64,000 bases of DNA from a virus. The stretch covers positions 1,193-65,192 of the IMG/VR virus record IMGVR_UViG_2932017207_000003; one strand, 5' to 3'. Positions within the stretch are counted from its first letter, which is position 1. Each line of letters starts with the position of its first letter. Of the stretch, positions 1 through 9,068 are shown in pieces. A model generated the notes under the pieces. That model made no database searches and was not told where the DNA came from. It was given only the letters and a program-made list of their open reading frames with translations. Made by a program: the position numbers and the translations under genes.

Positions 1-121
1 GTGCGACGTCGAGATACTCGGCCATATCGCCGGCGGTGAGGCCGCTGTGACGGAGGGCTTTGCGCATACGGTCGGTGAGGTCGAACTCGGGGACGATGCC
101 TTCGGTTCCGATTGGTCTCAC
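1..121 (-). CDS. XRE-family HTH regulator, N-terminal part only (runs off the window edge)
   Basis: Manual translation from GTG at 121: MRPIGTEGIVPEFDLTDRMRKALRHSGLTAGDMAEYLDVA; a GGAG-type RBS lies upstream; resembles actinophage repressor-like HTH N-termini. Confidence 0.7.
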   Translation of the reverse strand, partial: MRPIGTEGIVPEFDLTDRMRKALRHSGLTAGDMAEYLDVA

Positions 122-249
122 CTCTCCCCCTGCGTGTCTGTCGCGGGGATTTTTCCACACGTGTGACGCCTGGTCACTTTTGTAGACAGTTCACGCCTGC
201 CCGTGGTTACATTCGTGACGCTTGGGGCGGTTCGTGACGGGAGGGGGCT

Positions 250-1194
250 GTGGTGGTGAGGTCGCGGTCGGTAGACGAGTACATCGCTGACGGGATCGCT
301 GTCGTCGCGTTCGTGTTCAGCTATGGCCAGTTGGCGGAGCTAGCCGGCCGTGCGGGCTATGGCGGTCTGATGTCGCATCTGTGGCCGATCGCGGTCGATG
401 GTTTGGCGGTCATTGCGACACGATCTGTGTCGCGACTTCTCAACAACAGGTACGCGTGGTTGCTTCTCGCTTCTGCGACTGCAGTGTCTGTTGTTGCTGC
501 CGCGTCAGCGCATCTTCTTCCGCCTGGCCCTCTGCCGCCTGTCGCGGCGGCGGCTGTCGCGGTTGTTCCGCCGCTGTGTCTTTTGGCTGCGCCTCATCTT
601 GCGGTGCAGATCAGCCGGGAGTCGCGTTCACATGTTGCGCCTGTCGCGGATGGCGCTGAGGCGGTATCCGATGTAGTTGTCGCGCCTGTCGCAGTGTGGG
701 CTGTTTCAGATGCGACACAGGATGCGACCAGCGGAGACGAGGATGTCGCGGCTGTTGTTGCAGAGGTCGTCGCAGCAGATGTTGATGTGGTGGTATCGCA
801 GCGGGTGGAGGTGTGCGACCACCTGGTTGATGACGTCGCGGTAGCTGTGAACCCGCCGAGCGTTGATCTTGTCGCGGCTGATGCTGTCGCATGTTCGGTT
901 GTGGATGTGCGATCCGTCGCGGTGAGGTGTGATGTCGCTGATGGCCGCGACATGGAAGGGGATGCGACAGGAGATGTTGCTGTCGCGGTCGCATCTGTAC
1001 CTGGCGATGTCGAAGCGAGTGGTCGCAGCAGCCCGAAGTTGTCGCAGGCGGAGCGTCGCGCTGAGGTGATGCGGCTGGTCGCGACGGGGATGGAGTTCCG
1101 CCCGATCGCGCGACGGCTCGGCTGCTCGGATATGACGGTGCGACGAGACGTAGAGGCGATGACGAAGACTCAGCGCCTGGGTGGTTCAAGGTGA
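250..1194 (+). CDS. DUF2637/SpdA-like membrane protein with C-terminal HTH
   Basis: Four hydrophobic segments with SY..L and LWPIAVDGL motifs; acidic V/D/A-rich linker; C-terminal GMEFRPIARRLGCSDMTVRRD HTH. Confidence 0.75.
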   Translation: MVVRSRSVDEYIADGIAVVAFVFSYGQLAELAGRAGYGGLMSHLWPIAVDGLAVIATRSVSRLLNNRYAWLLLASATAVSVVAAASAHLLPPGPLPPVAAAAVAVVPPLCLLAAPHLAVQISRESRSHVAPVADGAEAVSDVVVAPVAVWAVSDATQDATSGDEDVAAVVAEVVAADVDVVVSQRVEVCDHLVDDVAVAVNPPSVDLVAADAVACSVVDVRSVAVRCDVADGRDMEGDATGDVAVAVASVPGDVEASGRSSPKLSQAERRAEVMRLVATGMEFRPIARRLGCSDMTVRRDVEAMTKTQRLGGSR

Positions 1195-1315
1195 TGGATC
1201 AGGGCGGGTCGATGCCTTGGTCGTCGAACCACTGGTCCATCTCTAACTGCCAGAGGGCAAGGTCCCAGGTTTCGTCCATGCCGGTTTTGACGCATGGTGT
1301 ACTCGGCCGGTTCCG

Positions 1316-1648
1316 CTATGTCTCGTCAGCCACGCGGAGGCGGCGCTCGAGTTCATCGAGAAGCTCTCGGTAAGTGAAGTCTCGGAGCGTCGTGTTGTTG
1401 ACTTCGATGACTCCGACTTCTTCTGGGTACACGTATTGTGCTGCAACGAGTACCTCTTGGATGGGGATGTTCAGCCCGTCCGATATGCGCCGGAGTGTGC
1501 TGATCTCTGGAATTGAGCCCTGGATCCGCCACCGTCCAACGATGGACTGGGAGGTCTTCACGGCTCGCGACAGTTCAGCTTCGGTGTCGATTCCGCGGTC
1601 GTGTGCTTTCCTGGCCAGCCAGTCAGAGAAGTCCGTCACGGCGCTCAC
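1316..1648 (-). CDS. XRE-family HTH DNA-binding protein (start uncertain, 1639-1690)
   Basis: TEAELSRAVKTSQSIVGRW...PEISTLRRISDGLNIPIQEVLVAA is a typical XRE HTH pattern. Confidence 0.75.
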   Translation of the reverse strand: MSAVTDFSDWLARKAHDRGIDTEAELSRAVKTSQSIVGRWRIQGSIPEISTLRRISDGLNIPIQEVLVAAQYVYPEEVGVIEVNNTTLRDFTYRELLDELERRLRVADET

Positions 1649-1682
1649 AGTAGGCGAGAGGGCGGGCAGAAACGACGGAAAG

Positions 1683-1712
1683 GCCCCCACTCCTCAAGGT
1701 GAGGGTGGGGGC
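1683..1712 (-). terminator. Intrinsic terminator-like hairpin after the virion operon
   Basis: GCCCCCAC...GTGGGGGC stem just downstream of the last tail-region gene, followed by CTTTCC on the minus strand. Confidence 0.55.
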
Positions 1713-1724
1713 ATCCGCCTACTG

Positions 1725-1934
1725 TTACAGCGGCTGTAGTGCGTCGGCTGCGGCTTGTTCGGCCCAGCGGCGCTCGGTGAACGCGATGTGCTCGTAGGCC
1801 ATTTTCTGCGCGAACTCGATGAGGTGTGCAGGCTTGTCGGTGCAGGTGTCGGGGTCGTGTCCGCCGAGGCTGTAGCAGGCGACGCGCTGTGCGCGTGGCA
1901 TGTGCTCATCTGGTAGTTCAAAACTGATCTGCAA
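1725..1934 (-). CDS. Small hypothetical protein at the end of the tail-fibre cluster
   Basis: 69-aa ORF directly following the tail-fibre gene in the same operon. Confidence 0.6.
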   Translation of the reverse strand: MQISFELPDEHMPRAQRVACYSLGGHDPDTCTDKPAHLIEFAQKMAYEHIAFTERRWAEQAAADALQPL

Positions 1935-1942
1935 GTTGGCTC

Positions 1943-2575
1943 CTAGGGCTGTGTGGCGATGACGATGGCTGCACCGGTGGCGAATTGTGCGATGAGTTCG
2001 GTTTTGCCGGATCCGTTGGCGCGGGTGGAGAGGGTGCAGGAAAGGCTGCCGTCGGGGCCGATCTGCAGCTTGTTCGGGGCCACCACGGTTTCACTAGCGC
2101 TTCCGAGCATCACCTGGTTCGCGGCAGTCGTCTTCGATCCAGCTCCAAGTGCAGTTGACCACCCATGCAACGAACTCGATTGGTAGCCAAGAGCCACACC
2201 TGCGGTCTGCGTAACTTGAGCGCGAGCGCCCACCACTGTTCCCGAATCTGCCACTGCGGCCGGAAGGTTATGGCCAATTGCTACAACGTTGCCATTGCTC
2301 GTTGTCGGCGTAGTAGGGGCGTTGCCCGCTGGGTACCCGGTGACCTTCACGCCCGGCGTTCCACCACCAGCCGCCGCATCCTGCCACGACGCCGTGCCAT
2401 CCGCCGCAGACGTCAACACCTTCCCCGCCGCCGCACCCGAAGTCACCTTCAACCCCAGAGTCGTCACAGTCCCCGTGAACGTCGGACTGGCCTTCGGGGC
2501 CTTCGCATCCACCTGGGCTTGCACCGCGGTGACATCAGCCTTCGATGCAAGCTGACCAACTTCATTCCAAGGCAT
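1943..2575 (-). CDS. Minor tail/tail fibre protein with YadA-head-like repeats
   Basis: ATG at 2575; periodic VAIG/TVVG/VALG/TALG/VMLG motifs; shares the SPTFTGTVT...GKVLTS.ADGTASWQ module with the upstream gene. Confidence 0.7.
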   Translation of the reverse strand: MPWNEVGQLASKADVTAVQAQVDAKAPKASPTFTGTVTTLGLKVTSGAAAGKVLTSAADGTASWQDAAAGGGTPGVKVTGYPAGNAPTTPTTSNGNVVAIGHNLPAAVADSGTVVGARAQVTQTAGVALGYQSSSLHGWSTALGAGSKTTAANQVMLGSASETVVAPNKLQIGPDGSLSCTLSTRANGSGKTELIAQFATGAAIVIATQP

Positions 2576-2576
2576 A

Positions 2577-3425
2577 TCAGTTGATCTCCTCAAACTGGTA
2601 GATCTTCAGCGTGGAAAAATCGAGGTAGACGTCCCCGCCTCGCTGGTTTTCTGGTGATTCATTGACCCAGTGCCCTTCGCCACTGCCTTCTTCCCAGTAG
2701 CCCGTGTGCGGTACGCCGAACCCAGCGCGGGTCGATGACCTCGTTCTTGAGTACGCACCGAAAGCGCGCGAGGCGATGTCATCGATGTCGTACATGGAAC
2801 CGTCGTACTCGACCTCATGCGTGTGCCCTGCAGGCGGGAACTCTGTCGGCTTGTCCGTCAAGTCATTCCACGACGAAACACCACCACCAGAAGCGGCCTG
2901 CCATGACGCTGTGCCGTCTGCAGACGAAGTGAGCACCTTCCCCGCGGCAGCACCAGAGGTAAGCTTCACCGTCGGCGCAGTCACCGTTCCGGTGAACGTT
3001 GGTGAAGCAACCGGAGCCTTACCCGACAGCGTGGTGTCCAAGCCAGTGATCTGCGACGTCGGATGCGTGTGCGACGTCGCAGCCTTCCCGTCCAACGCAG
3101 GCTGCAGGCCAGTCACATCTGCGATCGGATGCTGATGTACGGACGGCGGGAACGTCGCCGGCTTGCCCGTCAGCTCATCCCATGATGTGGCACCACTACC
3201 AGACGACGCCGGAAGCTGCGACGCAACCACCTTCCCATCGCTGCCAAGATCAGCCTTCTTCGCAAGCGCCGGAACAGACGGAGACTCCGCCGAACCACCC
3301 AGATCCCCACGCAGCTTCACACCACCGAGCGTCGTCGGAGTCGCAGGCTGCACGACAACTGGCGGAGATGACGCCCACAGGTCACGCACACGCTGAATCA
3401 ATTCCTCGATTGCAGGACTTGTCAC
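2577..3425 (-). CDS. Minor tail/tail fibre protein
   Basis: GTG at 3425 after AGGAG; SW.(D/E)LT.KP..FPP..H.H and HTH repeats typical of fibres. Confidence 0.75.
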   Translation of the reverse strand: MTSPAIEELIQRVRDLWASSPPVVVQPATPTTLGGVKLRGDLGGSAESPSVPALAKKADLGSDGKVVASQLPASSGSGATSWDELTGKPATFPPSVHQHPIADVTGLQPALDGKAATSHTHPTSQITGLDTTLSGKAPVASPTFTGTVTAPTVKLTSGAAAGKVLTSSADGTASWQAASGGGVSSWNDLTDKPTEFPPAGHTHEVEYDGSMYDIDDIASRAFGAYSRTRSSTRAGFGVPHTGYWEEGSGEGHWVNESPENQRGGDVYLDFSTLKIYQFEEIN

Positions 3426-3433
3426 GATGTCTC

Positions 3434-4903
3434 CTACTTCATGTTGGCGTCGAGGATCGCCTTGACGCGCGTGCCAAACGTTCCGTTCCAGTCGTGGCCC
3501 TGCCCGGCCGGCGTGTTCAGGGTCGTAATGAATCCCTGCTGCCGGTACCAGGCCTCGCCAGCACGCGCCGCGGCGAGCGCGTTGAAGCCATCCGATCCAG
3601 GTTCGGTGCCGTCGTCGAGAAGGCCAGTGAGCCAATGCATCGAGAACCGCGACTGCAGTGGGTCGACGAACGGGGTGAGCGTGGTCGCATTCTCGTTTCC
3701 GCCACCAAAGACGATCGCCCCGCCGCCGCGGATACTCGAGGAGAACCGTGGCAGGTAGTACTTCGTCAGGAACTGACTCCCGCCCGAGTACGTGGTGAAC
3801 CAGATCCGATACCGGTCAATGTTGTACGCCCCGCACAACGCCTCGATCAGCGACACCAGCCAGCGGGAGTTCTCCTCCTTGCCGTACCAGTGCCACCACG
3901 TCGTGTTCTTGTCGTCCGGGGTGAGTGGACAGATCACCAGCATGTTCCGGTCTTTCGCAACCTGCACGATGCCATTCGTTCCGCCGAGCATCCACGTCGA
4001 CGTCGGATTGTTGAACTCGAACGCGCCATCGCCGTGCAGGTGCACCAGCAACCCGATCGGCTTCGACGTGTTCAGATGACCGATCCACCGGTGGTACTTC
4101 GACGAGTAGCTGTTCTCGCTGGCGGTGTACACACGGTTCATCTCATCGGCCATCACACCGCCCGATCCGCCAGACGGTGCTGATATAGGCACTGATGGGG
4201 CGACCTCAACCTCCGTCCCCGTGCGCATAAGCGGGACGGCGGTCACTCCGAGCTGGATCCGCCGCTCGAGCCTCGGCGCCAACGCAATCGTGGCCATGAT
4301 GCCGTAGCTGGGGAAGTTGCATGTCGCGCCGACGGTGCCGAGAACGTCGATCGCCCCCGCCGTAGTCAGGTGTGAGTACCCGGCACTTGAGGTGCCATCG
4401 GTGAACTCGGTGACCGTATTCGCCCACTCGCATGACCCGGTCGCAGAGTTGACCTGGGATGCGACGGCCCGCACGACCATGCAGCGATCGGTCGTGGGAG
4501 AAATCGCCGGGGTGGCGTGATACGAGGCAGATGTGTCATACCCCTGCGCGACTGCGTTCACAGGATTGTCTGGGTGGACACCGCGGAACGCGAGGCACGT
4601 CGCGTGGTGGTTTCCATTTCCAGAAAATGCCAAGCTGGCGTAGGCAAACGACGATTCCTGCTGAGGCTTCCACACCTTCGTGAAAATGTGGAGGTTGTGC
4701 CCGCCACCTCGCGACGTGTTGACCAAACGCTGCGTCCAGTCGTTGAGGTAGCTCTGAATCGGGTAGTTTGCATCCATCGCCGCGGCCCACGACCGCACGA
4801 CGACAACAAGAAAGTCGCCATCCTGAAGGCCGGACGGATACTGGATGGTGAATCCATTCGATGCCGTGCTCGCACTGGTAGCACCGACCTGAGTGATCGC
4901 CAT
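3434..4903 (-). CDS. Minor tail protein with C-terminal alpha/beta-hydrolase (esterase-like) domain
   Basis: Beta-rich N-terminus; C-terminus has LLVHLHGDG, TYSGGS nucleophile elbow, D and GH as a possible catalytic triad. Confidence 0.65.
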   Translation of the reverse strand: MAITQVGATSASTASNGFTIQYPSGLQDGDFLVVVVRSWAAAMDANYPIQSYLNDWTQRLVNTSRGGGHNLHIFTKVWKPQQESSFAYASLAFSGNGNHHATCLAFRGVHPDNPVNAVAQGYDTSASYHATPAISPTTDRCMVVRAVASQVNSATGSCEWANTVTEFTDGTSSAGYSHLTTAGAIDVLGTVGATCNFPSYGIMATIALAPRLERRIQLGVTAVPLMRTGTEVEVAPSVPISAPSGGSGGVMADEMNRVYTASENSYSSKYHRWIGHLNTSKPIGLLVHLHGDGAFEFNNPTSTWMLGGTNGIVQVAKDRNMLVICPLTPDDKNTTWWHWYGKEENSRWLVSLIEALCGAYNIDRYRIWFTTYSGGSQFLTKYYLPRFSSSIRGGGAIVFGGGNENATTLTPFVDPLQSRFSMHWLTGLLDDGTEPGSDGFNALAAARAGEAWYRQQGFITTLNTPAGQGHDWNGTFGTRVKAILDANMK

Positions 4904-6297
4904 CAGCTCGTCTTCACCCACAGTCGTCCCGCGACACCCGGGTCAGCAGCCGCCCCGACCGCGGCGAGCCCAAGCAGGATCCAGTTCGTCTCCGAGAACG
5001 TCGCGCCCGCCGAGTGTGCGGTCTTGCAGTACCAGCGCACATAGCTCGCCGTCACCACGTCACCAATCGCATACGACGTCGAGGCCACCCAGTTGCCGCG
5101 ATCGACCAGCTTCGCGGCCTTCCCGAGCAACTCAAGGTTGATCGCGTCGCGCTGCGCGGTCAGCGCTGCCTGCTGCGGCGTGCTTACCGGCTTGTCGACG
5201 TCCTTCGTGTTGTCGACGCTCCCGAGTCCGACGTCCGTCCTCGAAAGCGTCACCGCGCCGGTACGTCCGGCCACCGATGAGACCGGTGAAGCCGGATAGG
5301 TGTGCTGCCTCCAAGACGCCAGCGCGGTCGACGGCTCGGCGATCAACTGCCAGTCCGTGCCGAGATCGGTTCGGGTGCACCAGTCACCCCGCTGCCCGGA
5401 CAGCGCGAGCATCGCCGACTGAGTGGCGACCGCACCGAGCCAGTCGACCATCTGCTGCGCAGGAATCTGCGCCTGCACCAACTTCCCATCGGCACCGAGG
5501 TCGGCCTTATTGTCGTGCGTGTGATTCTTGTCAGCCTTGCCCGCCAGGCCCTGCGCGACCTTCTCGGACGCCTCCGCCGCCGCGAACTGCGCCTCGATCG
5601 CCGACTCGTCTGCATTGGTTGCGCGCCTGTCCGCGAACTCGGCAGCGGCGACGGAGATTCCCGCAGCCTCCACTGCATCATCACGCGCAGCAACTGCTAC
5701 CGGAACCGAGGCCGAGATATCGTGCAACACCTGCAGATAGATCGGCGGAAGTTCCGAACCATCCGACAGGTGGAACACTAGTGAATCCGAAACCACCGAC
5801 ACAGAAACGATGTGCGGCCCCAGGGTGATTGGAGTCCCAGAAGACGGATACACCGGAGCTGCCAAGGTCAGATCAACAACCGTCGAACCAGCATCAGGAT
5901 CCGCAGGATTCGACCCCGGCACATACACGGGTGCATCGAACGCGAACGGCGGATACGTGAGCCGCTGCGACCCCAACGCCAGATCAAACGTGACCGTGTA
6001 ATTCCAGTTCACCGGGTTCGTCGCCCCTGTGGGCGCCACAAGGAACACACCACGCTTACCACGCCACGACAGATAGCCGTTCTCATCCAACGTGATCGTG
6101 ATCGGAGTTGGCAACACCGTCGCCGGATCCGGCTGGGCCGTCGCAACCTTGATCGACCGCAGCGACGGCGTGAACGTCACACTCCCCTGCAACGACACCG
6201 CGTCCGGGAAATCATCCGTATCCACACCATCCGCGACCGTCGCCACAAACCGACCAATAACCTTGCAGTACTCGAGTGGCTGCAACGCAGGCATCAA
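4903..6297 (-). CDS. Minor tail protein
   Basis: YCKVIGRFVA.VAD..D.D..PD...L.G.VTFTP N-terminus and VSSVAGRTGAVTL fibre motif, in tail context. Confidence 0.8.
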   Translation of the reverse strand: MMPALQPLEYCKVIGRFVATVADGVDTDDFPDAVSLQGSVTFTPSLRSIKVATAQPDPATVLPTPITITLDENGYLSWRGKRGVFLVAPTGATNPVNWNYTVTFDLALGSQRLTYPPFAFDAPVYVPGSNPADPDAGSTVVDLTLAAPVYPSSGTPITLGPHIVSVSVVSDSLVFHLSDGSELPPIYLQVLHDISASVPVAVAARDDAVEAAGISVAAAEFADRRATNADESAIEAQFAAAEASEKVAQGLAGKADKNHTHDNKADLGADGKLVQAQIPAQQMVDWLGAVATQSAMLALSGQRGDWCTRTDLGTDWQLIAEPSTALASWRQHTYPASPVSSVAGRTGAVTLSRTDVGLGSVDNTKDVDKPVSTPQQAALTAQRDAINLELLGKAAKLVDRGNWVASTSYAIGDVVTASYVRWYCKTAHSAGATFSETNWILLGLAAVGAAADPGVAGRLWVKTS

Positions 6298-6599
6298 CTC
6301 ACCTCATCCGAAAGTTCAAGCGGAACTGGCGGCAAAACCTCTGTGGGCCAGCGGGACCGAATGAACGCCAACAGCACCCGCACATAGTCGACCGCCACCC
6401 CGAACCGGCGCTTATCCTCGCGACGCTCATCCTCGAGCTTCACCACACGCGAACGCAGATCAGCGATCTCATCACGCAACGGGCCGACAATCGCCTGAAA
6501 GTCAGAGCGCTGAGACTCCAACGACGGAAGCCGTGAACCGTAAAACCCAATCAGCGCAACGAACGCGACCCCAAGCACCGTCCAGATCGCCGGCCACAT
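6294..6599 (-). CDS. Membrane-anchored coiled-coil protein of the lysis cassette
   Basis: One N-terminal TM segment plus a coiled-coil-like stretch; immediately after the holin. Confidence 0.65.
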   Translation of the reverse strand: MWPAIWTVLGVAFVALIGFYGSRLPSLESQRSDFQAIVGPLRDEIADLRSRVVKLEDERREDKRRFGVAVDYVRVLLAFIRSRWPTEVLPPVPLELSDEVS

Positions 6600-6605
6600 C
6601 CGCGG

Positions 6606-6959
6606 CTACTCCGAACTCGGGGTATGAACGGACGCCAACGTGAAACCGAGTGCCGGGACGACCAGTGCAACAACAGCTGTCACCACCGACTGACTCACCC
6701 ACCCGAACGCCAACACGAGCGCAGACACCGGAGCGATCAGGCCGTACGCCCACTTCCGCCAGAAGTCAGTCGTGTTCGACCACGCCAACCCCGAACCCAG
6801 CACCGCGACCAGCACAGCCCCAACAACAGGGGCAATGTCGCTCGAAAAAAATCCGGCCGCAACCAAAACACCCATCAACGGCGTGATCAGTGGATGCAGC
6901 CAAGCGCGCACCCGACCCCAATCCACCGACCCCGAAACCTCAGCACGATGCGTCATCAC
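6606..6959 (-). CDS. Holin
   Basis: 117 aa with four hydrophobic segments; overlaps the endolysin stop. Confidence 0.75.
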   Translation of the reverse strand: MMTHRAEVSGSVDWGRVRAWLHPLITPLMGVLVAAGFFSSDIAPVVGAVLVAVLGSGLAWSNTTDFWRKWAYGLIAPVSALVLAFGWVSQSVVTAVVALVVPALGFTLASVHTPSSE

Positions 6960-7978
6960 TTAGCCCCCTCGACGTCACCGACAACACCCGACCGGTGCCA
7001 GCGCAGAACGCCGTGCTCGAACCGCTGCGCACGCCCACCATCAGCATCGAACTCATCCGACACAGGCCAGCCATAGGCACTCTTCTCGGATCCGAGTTCC
7101 GCCCAGCGGGCTCCAATCGCGCCGTGAACAACGAAGCCAGGCTGACCGTAACGGCGGTAAACCACACCACCCTGGAACGCCTGAATATCCCCCACTCCGT
7201 CGACCACAGCGTGCCGGCGGGTTGGATACCCCAGTGGCCCCTGCTCCCACTGCTGCGCCTTCCACGTCTCATAGATGTGAGTGGGGACAGCAACAGCGCG
7301 GGCGACCTTGTCCGCGTCAACATTCGCTGCGGGATGCCAATAGACGCTGCCGCCATCGAAGTCCGCGTACCGGCCGACACCGTCCTTACATGGGCGCTCC
7401 CCCGCAAACTTCCGCTTCCCGATCCAACCCGAGGCGACCTGCGCCTCACGATCGATCTCATTCGGCGGCGGCACAGGCGCAGGCTGCGGGTCGCCATAGA
7501 TGCCGAGATGGCCGCGGTTTAGCTTCTCCGCGAAGTTCCGCACACGAGCGTCGCCCTCGCGGAAACCGATCTGAAAATGCATGGGATCACGTCTATTCCA
7601 ATCATTTCCCCAGTACACGGTGCCTTCAAACAAGCGCAGCCCTTCCCGGATCTTCGCGATTCGAGCTGCAGGCATGTTCACGGAGGCGTCGACTCCCCAC
7701 GGGTACTTCGGGGCGTTGATGTCGATGCCGGTCCCCGCCAAGTGGTTGCTGTCGCCGACTTCATTCGTCGCGGACCATCCCCACACGGGAGAGGTGATGG
7801 GTTCGACGTTGCGGTGGTACCAGATCAGCCATGCGTTGAGGACGGTGGCGGCGTCGCCCTTGCGGACCGGTGCAGTGTCGGAGAACGGGACTGGGTTCGC
7901 GACCACGCACTCGTCGCGGTTACACATCCGCCAACCGTTTTCCGACCAATCATTGTCGTACACAGTTCGAAAGCTCAT
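6956..7978 (-). CDS. lysA: Endolysin (lysin A): M15-type peptidase plus LGFP repeats
   Basis: SNHLAGTGIDIN and DPMHFQ zinc-peptidase motifs; C-terminal LGYPT/YGWPVSDE LGFP-type repeats. Confidence 0.85.
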   Translation of the reverse strand: MSFRTVYDNDWSENGWRMCNRDECVVANPVPFSDTAPVRKGDAATVLNAWLIWYHRNVEPITSPVWGWSATNEVGDSNHLAGTGIDINAPKYPWGVDASVNMPAARIAKIREGLRLFEGTVYWGNDWNRRDPMHFQIGFREGDARVRNFAEKLNRGHLGIYGDPQPAPVPPPNEIDREAQVASGWIGKRKFAGERPCKDGVGRYADFDGGSVYWHPAANVDADKVARAVAVPTHIYETWKAQQWEQGPLGYPTRRHAVVDGVGDIQAFQGGVVYRRYGQPGFVVHGAIGARWAELGSEKSAYGWPVSDEFDADGGRAQRFEHGVLRWHRSGVVGDVEGAK

Positions 7979-8014
7979 GCGATCACCTCTATGAAGTTGA
8001 AGGAAGAACAGGTG

Positions 8015-9058
8015 TCAGTAGACGGGGATGCAGTGGCACACCAGATAGGCGTTACGGTTCCAGTGACTGTAGGTGGCTGTGCCGAACGGGCGCGTCAGCA
8101 CGACGTTCAGCGTCACGGCCTGACCGGCTTGAATTACACCAACATTCGCATTCGAAGAGGTGTCCATCGGAACATCGAAGTACGGTTGGATCCGGTTCAT
8201 GAACACCGTCTGATACGGGAACCCGGTGCCGAGCCCAACGATCTGACCTGACGCCGAACCAATCCGAACCTCCGCGTCCAGACGGGTCTGATAGTTCGTG
8301 TCATTGACAACCGTCTCGATTGCCCCGAACACCATCGGACGCCACGGAACGTTCTGCGCCGGCACCTGCAGTGTCGCAACTACCTTGCCGTTGGTGGTGT
8401 TGTTCTCCGAGACCCCGGGGAAACTCATGTACCCAATCGAGTACGGGCCACGGACGCCCGGATTCCGGACCGGCTTGAACTTCGACGACGACGCCTGCCA
8501 GGCCAGCATGTCACCCTGCTGCGGCTGGCTGCTGTTGTCGTAATCCGGTGCGGTGCGCAGTGGCCCCGGCCCTCCAGCCACTCCGACCTGGCCTTGGATT
8601 CCGCGCGGAATACCGATGTTCAGCACCTGGTTCGGCGGCGTACCAGTGATCGTCAGGGTCGCGTTCGAACCTGTCGGCAGCGTTGTCACCGCCCCAACGG
8701 TCAACTGGTTCGCCAGCCCCCGCGGACCGGGTGCGCCGAACGCTCCAGGGAACACGATCCAGCCGACGCCCGCCCAGTAGTGCATGGCCTGGGTTGAGAC
8801 GTTCCGGTACGCCCACCCTTTCTCGTCCGGACCGAGATGCAGGTTGTCGATCGCCTGCTGGTTCGTCATGTCTCCCTGCCACTCGAACGGGTATGCAGGG
8901 TCGCCCTTGTCGCCCTTGTCGCCCTTCTCGCCCTTTCGCATCTCCAGACGCCCATCGCGCGGGTTCATCTGGAACGAGTAGAGGGTGCCTGGCAGGTCGT
9001 TGTTGTCGTCGACCCCCACCAGATCGATGCTGGTCAGGAACTCGTTCAACGTGGTCAC
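8015..9058 (-). CDS. Minor tail protein with short collagen-like G-X-Y tracts
   Basis: GEKGDKGDKGD; position downstream of the baseplate genes. Confidence 0.8.
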   Translation of the reverse strand: MTTLNEFLTSIDLVGVDDNNDLPGTLYSFQMNPRDGRLEMRKGEKGDKGDKGDPAYPFEWQGDMTNQQAIDNLHLGPDEKGWAYRNVSTQAMHYWAGVGWIVFPGAFGAPGPRGLANQLTVGAVTTLPTGSNATLTITGTPPNQVLNIGIPRGIQGQVGVAGGPGPLRTAPDYDNSSQPQQGDMLAWQASSSKFKPVRNPGVRGPYSIGYMSFPGVSENNTTNGKVVATLQVPAQNVPWRPMVFGAIETVVNDTNYQTRLDAEVRIGSASGQIVGLGTGFPYQTVFMNRIQPYFDVPMDTSSNANVGVIQAGQAVTLNVVLTRPFGTATYSHWNRNAYLVCHCIPVY

Positions 9059-9068
9059 AGGTGTGCTC

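Noticed and set aside
1943-6297. Diversity-generating retroelement targeting tail fibres
   Set aside because: No reverse transcriptase and no adenine-specific TR/VR pair; the duplicated module differs mostly at synonymous positions.
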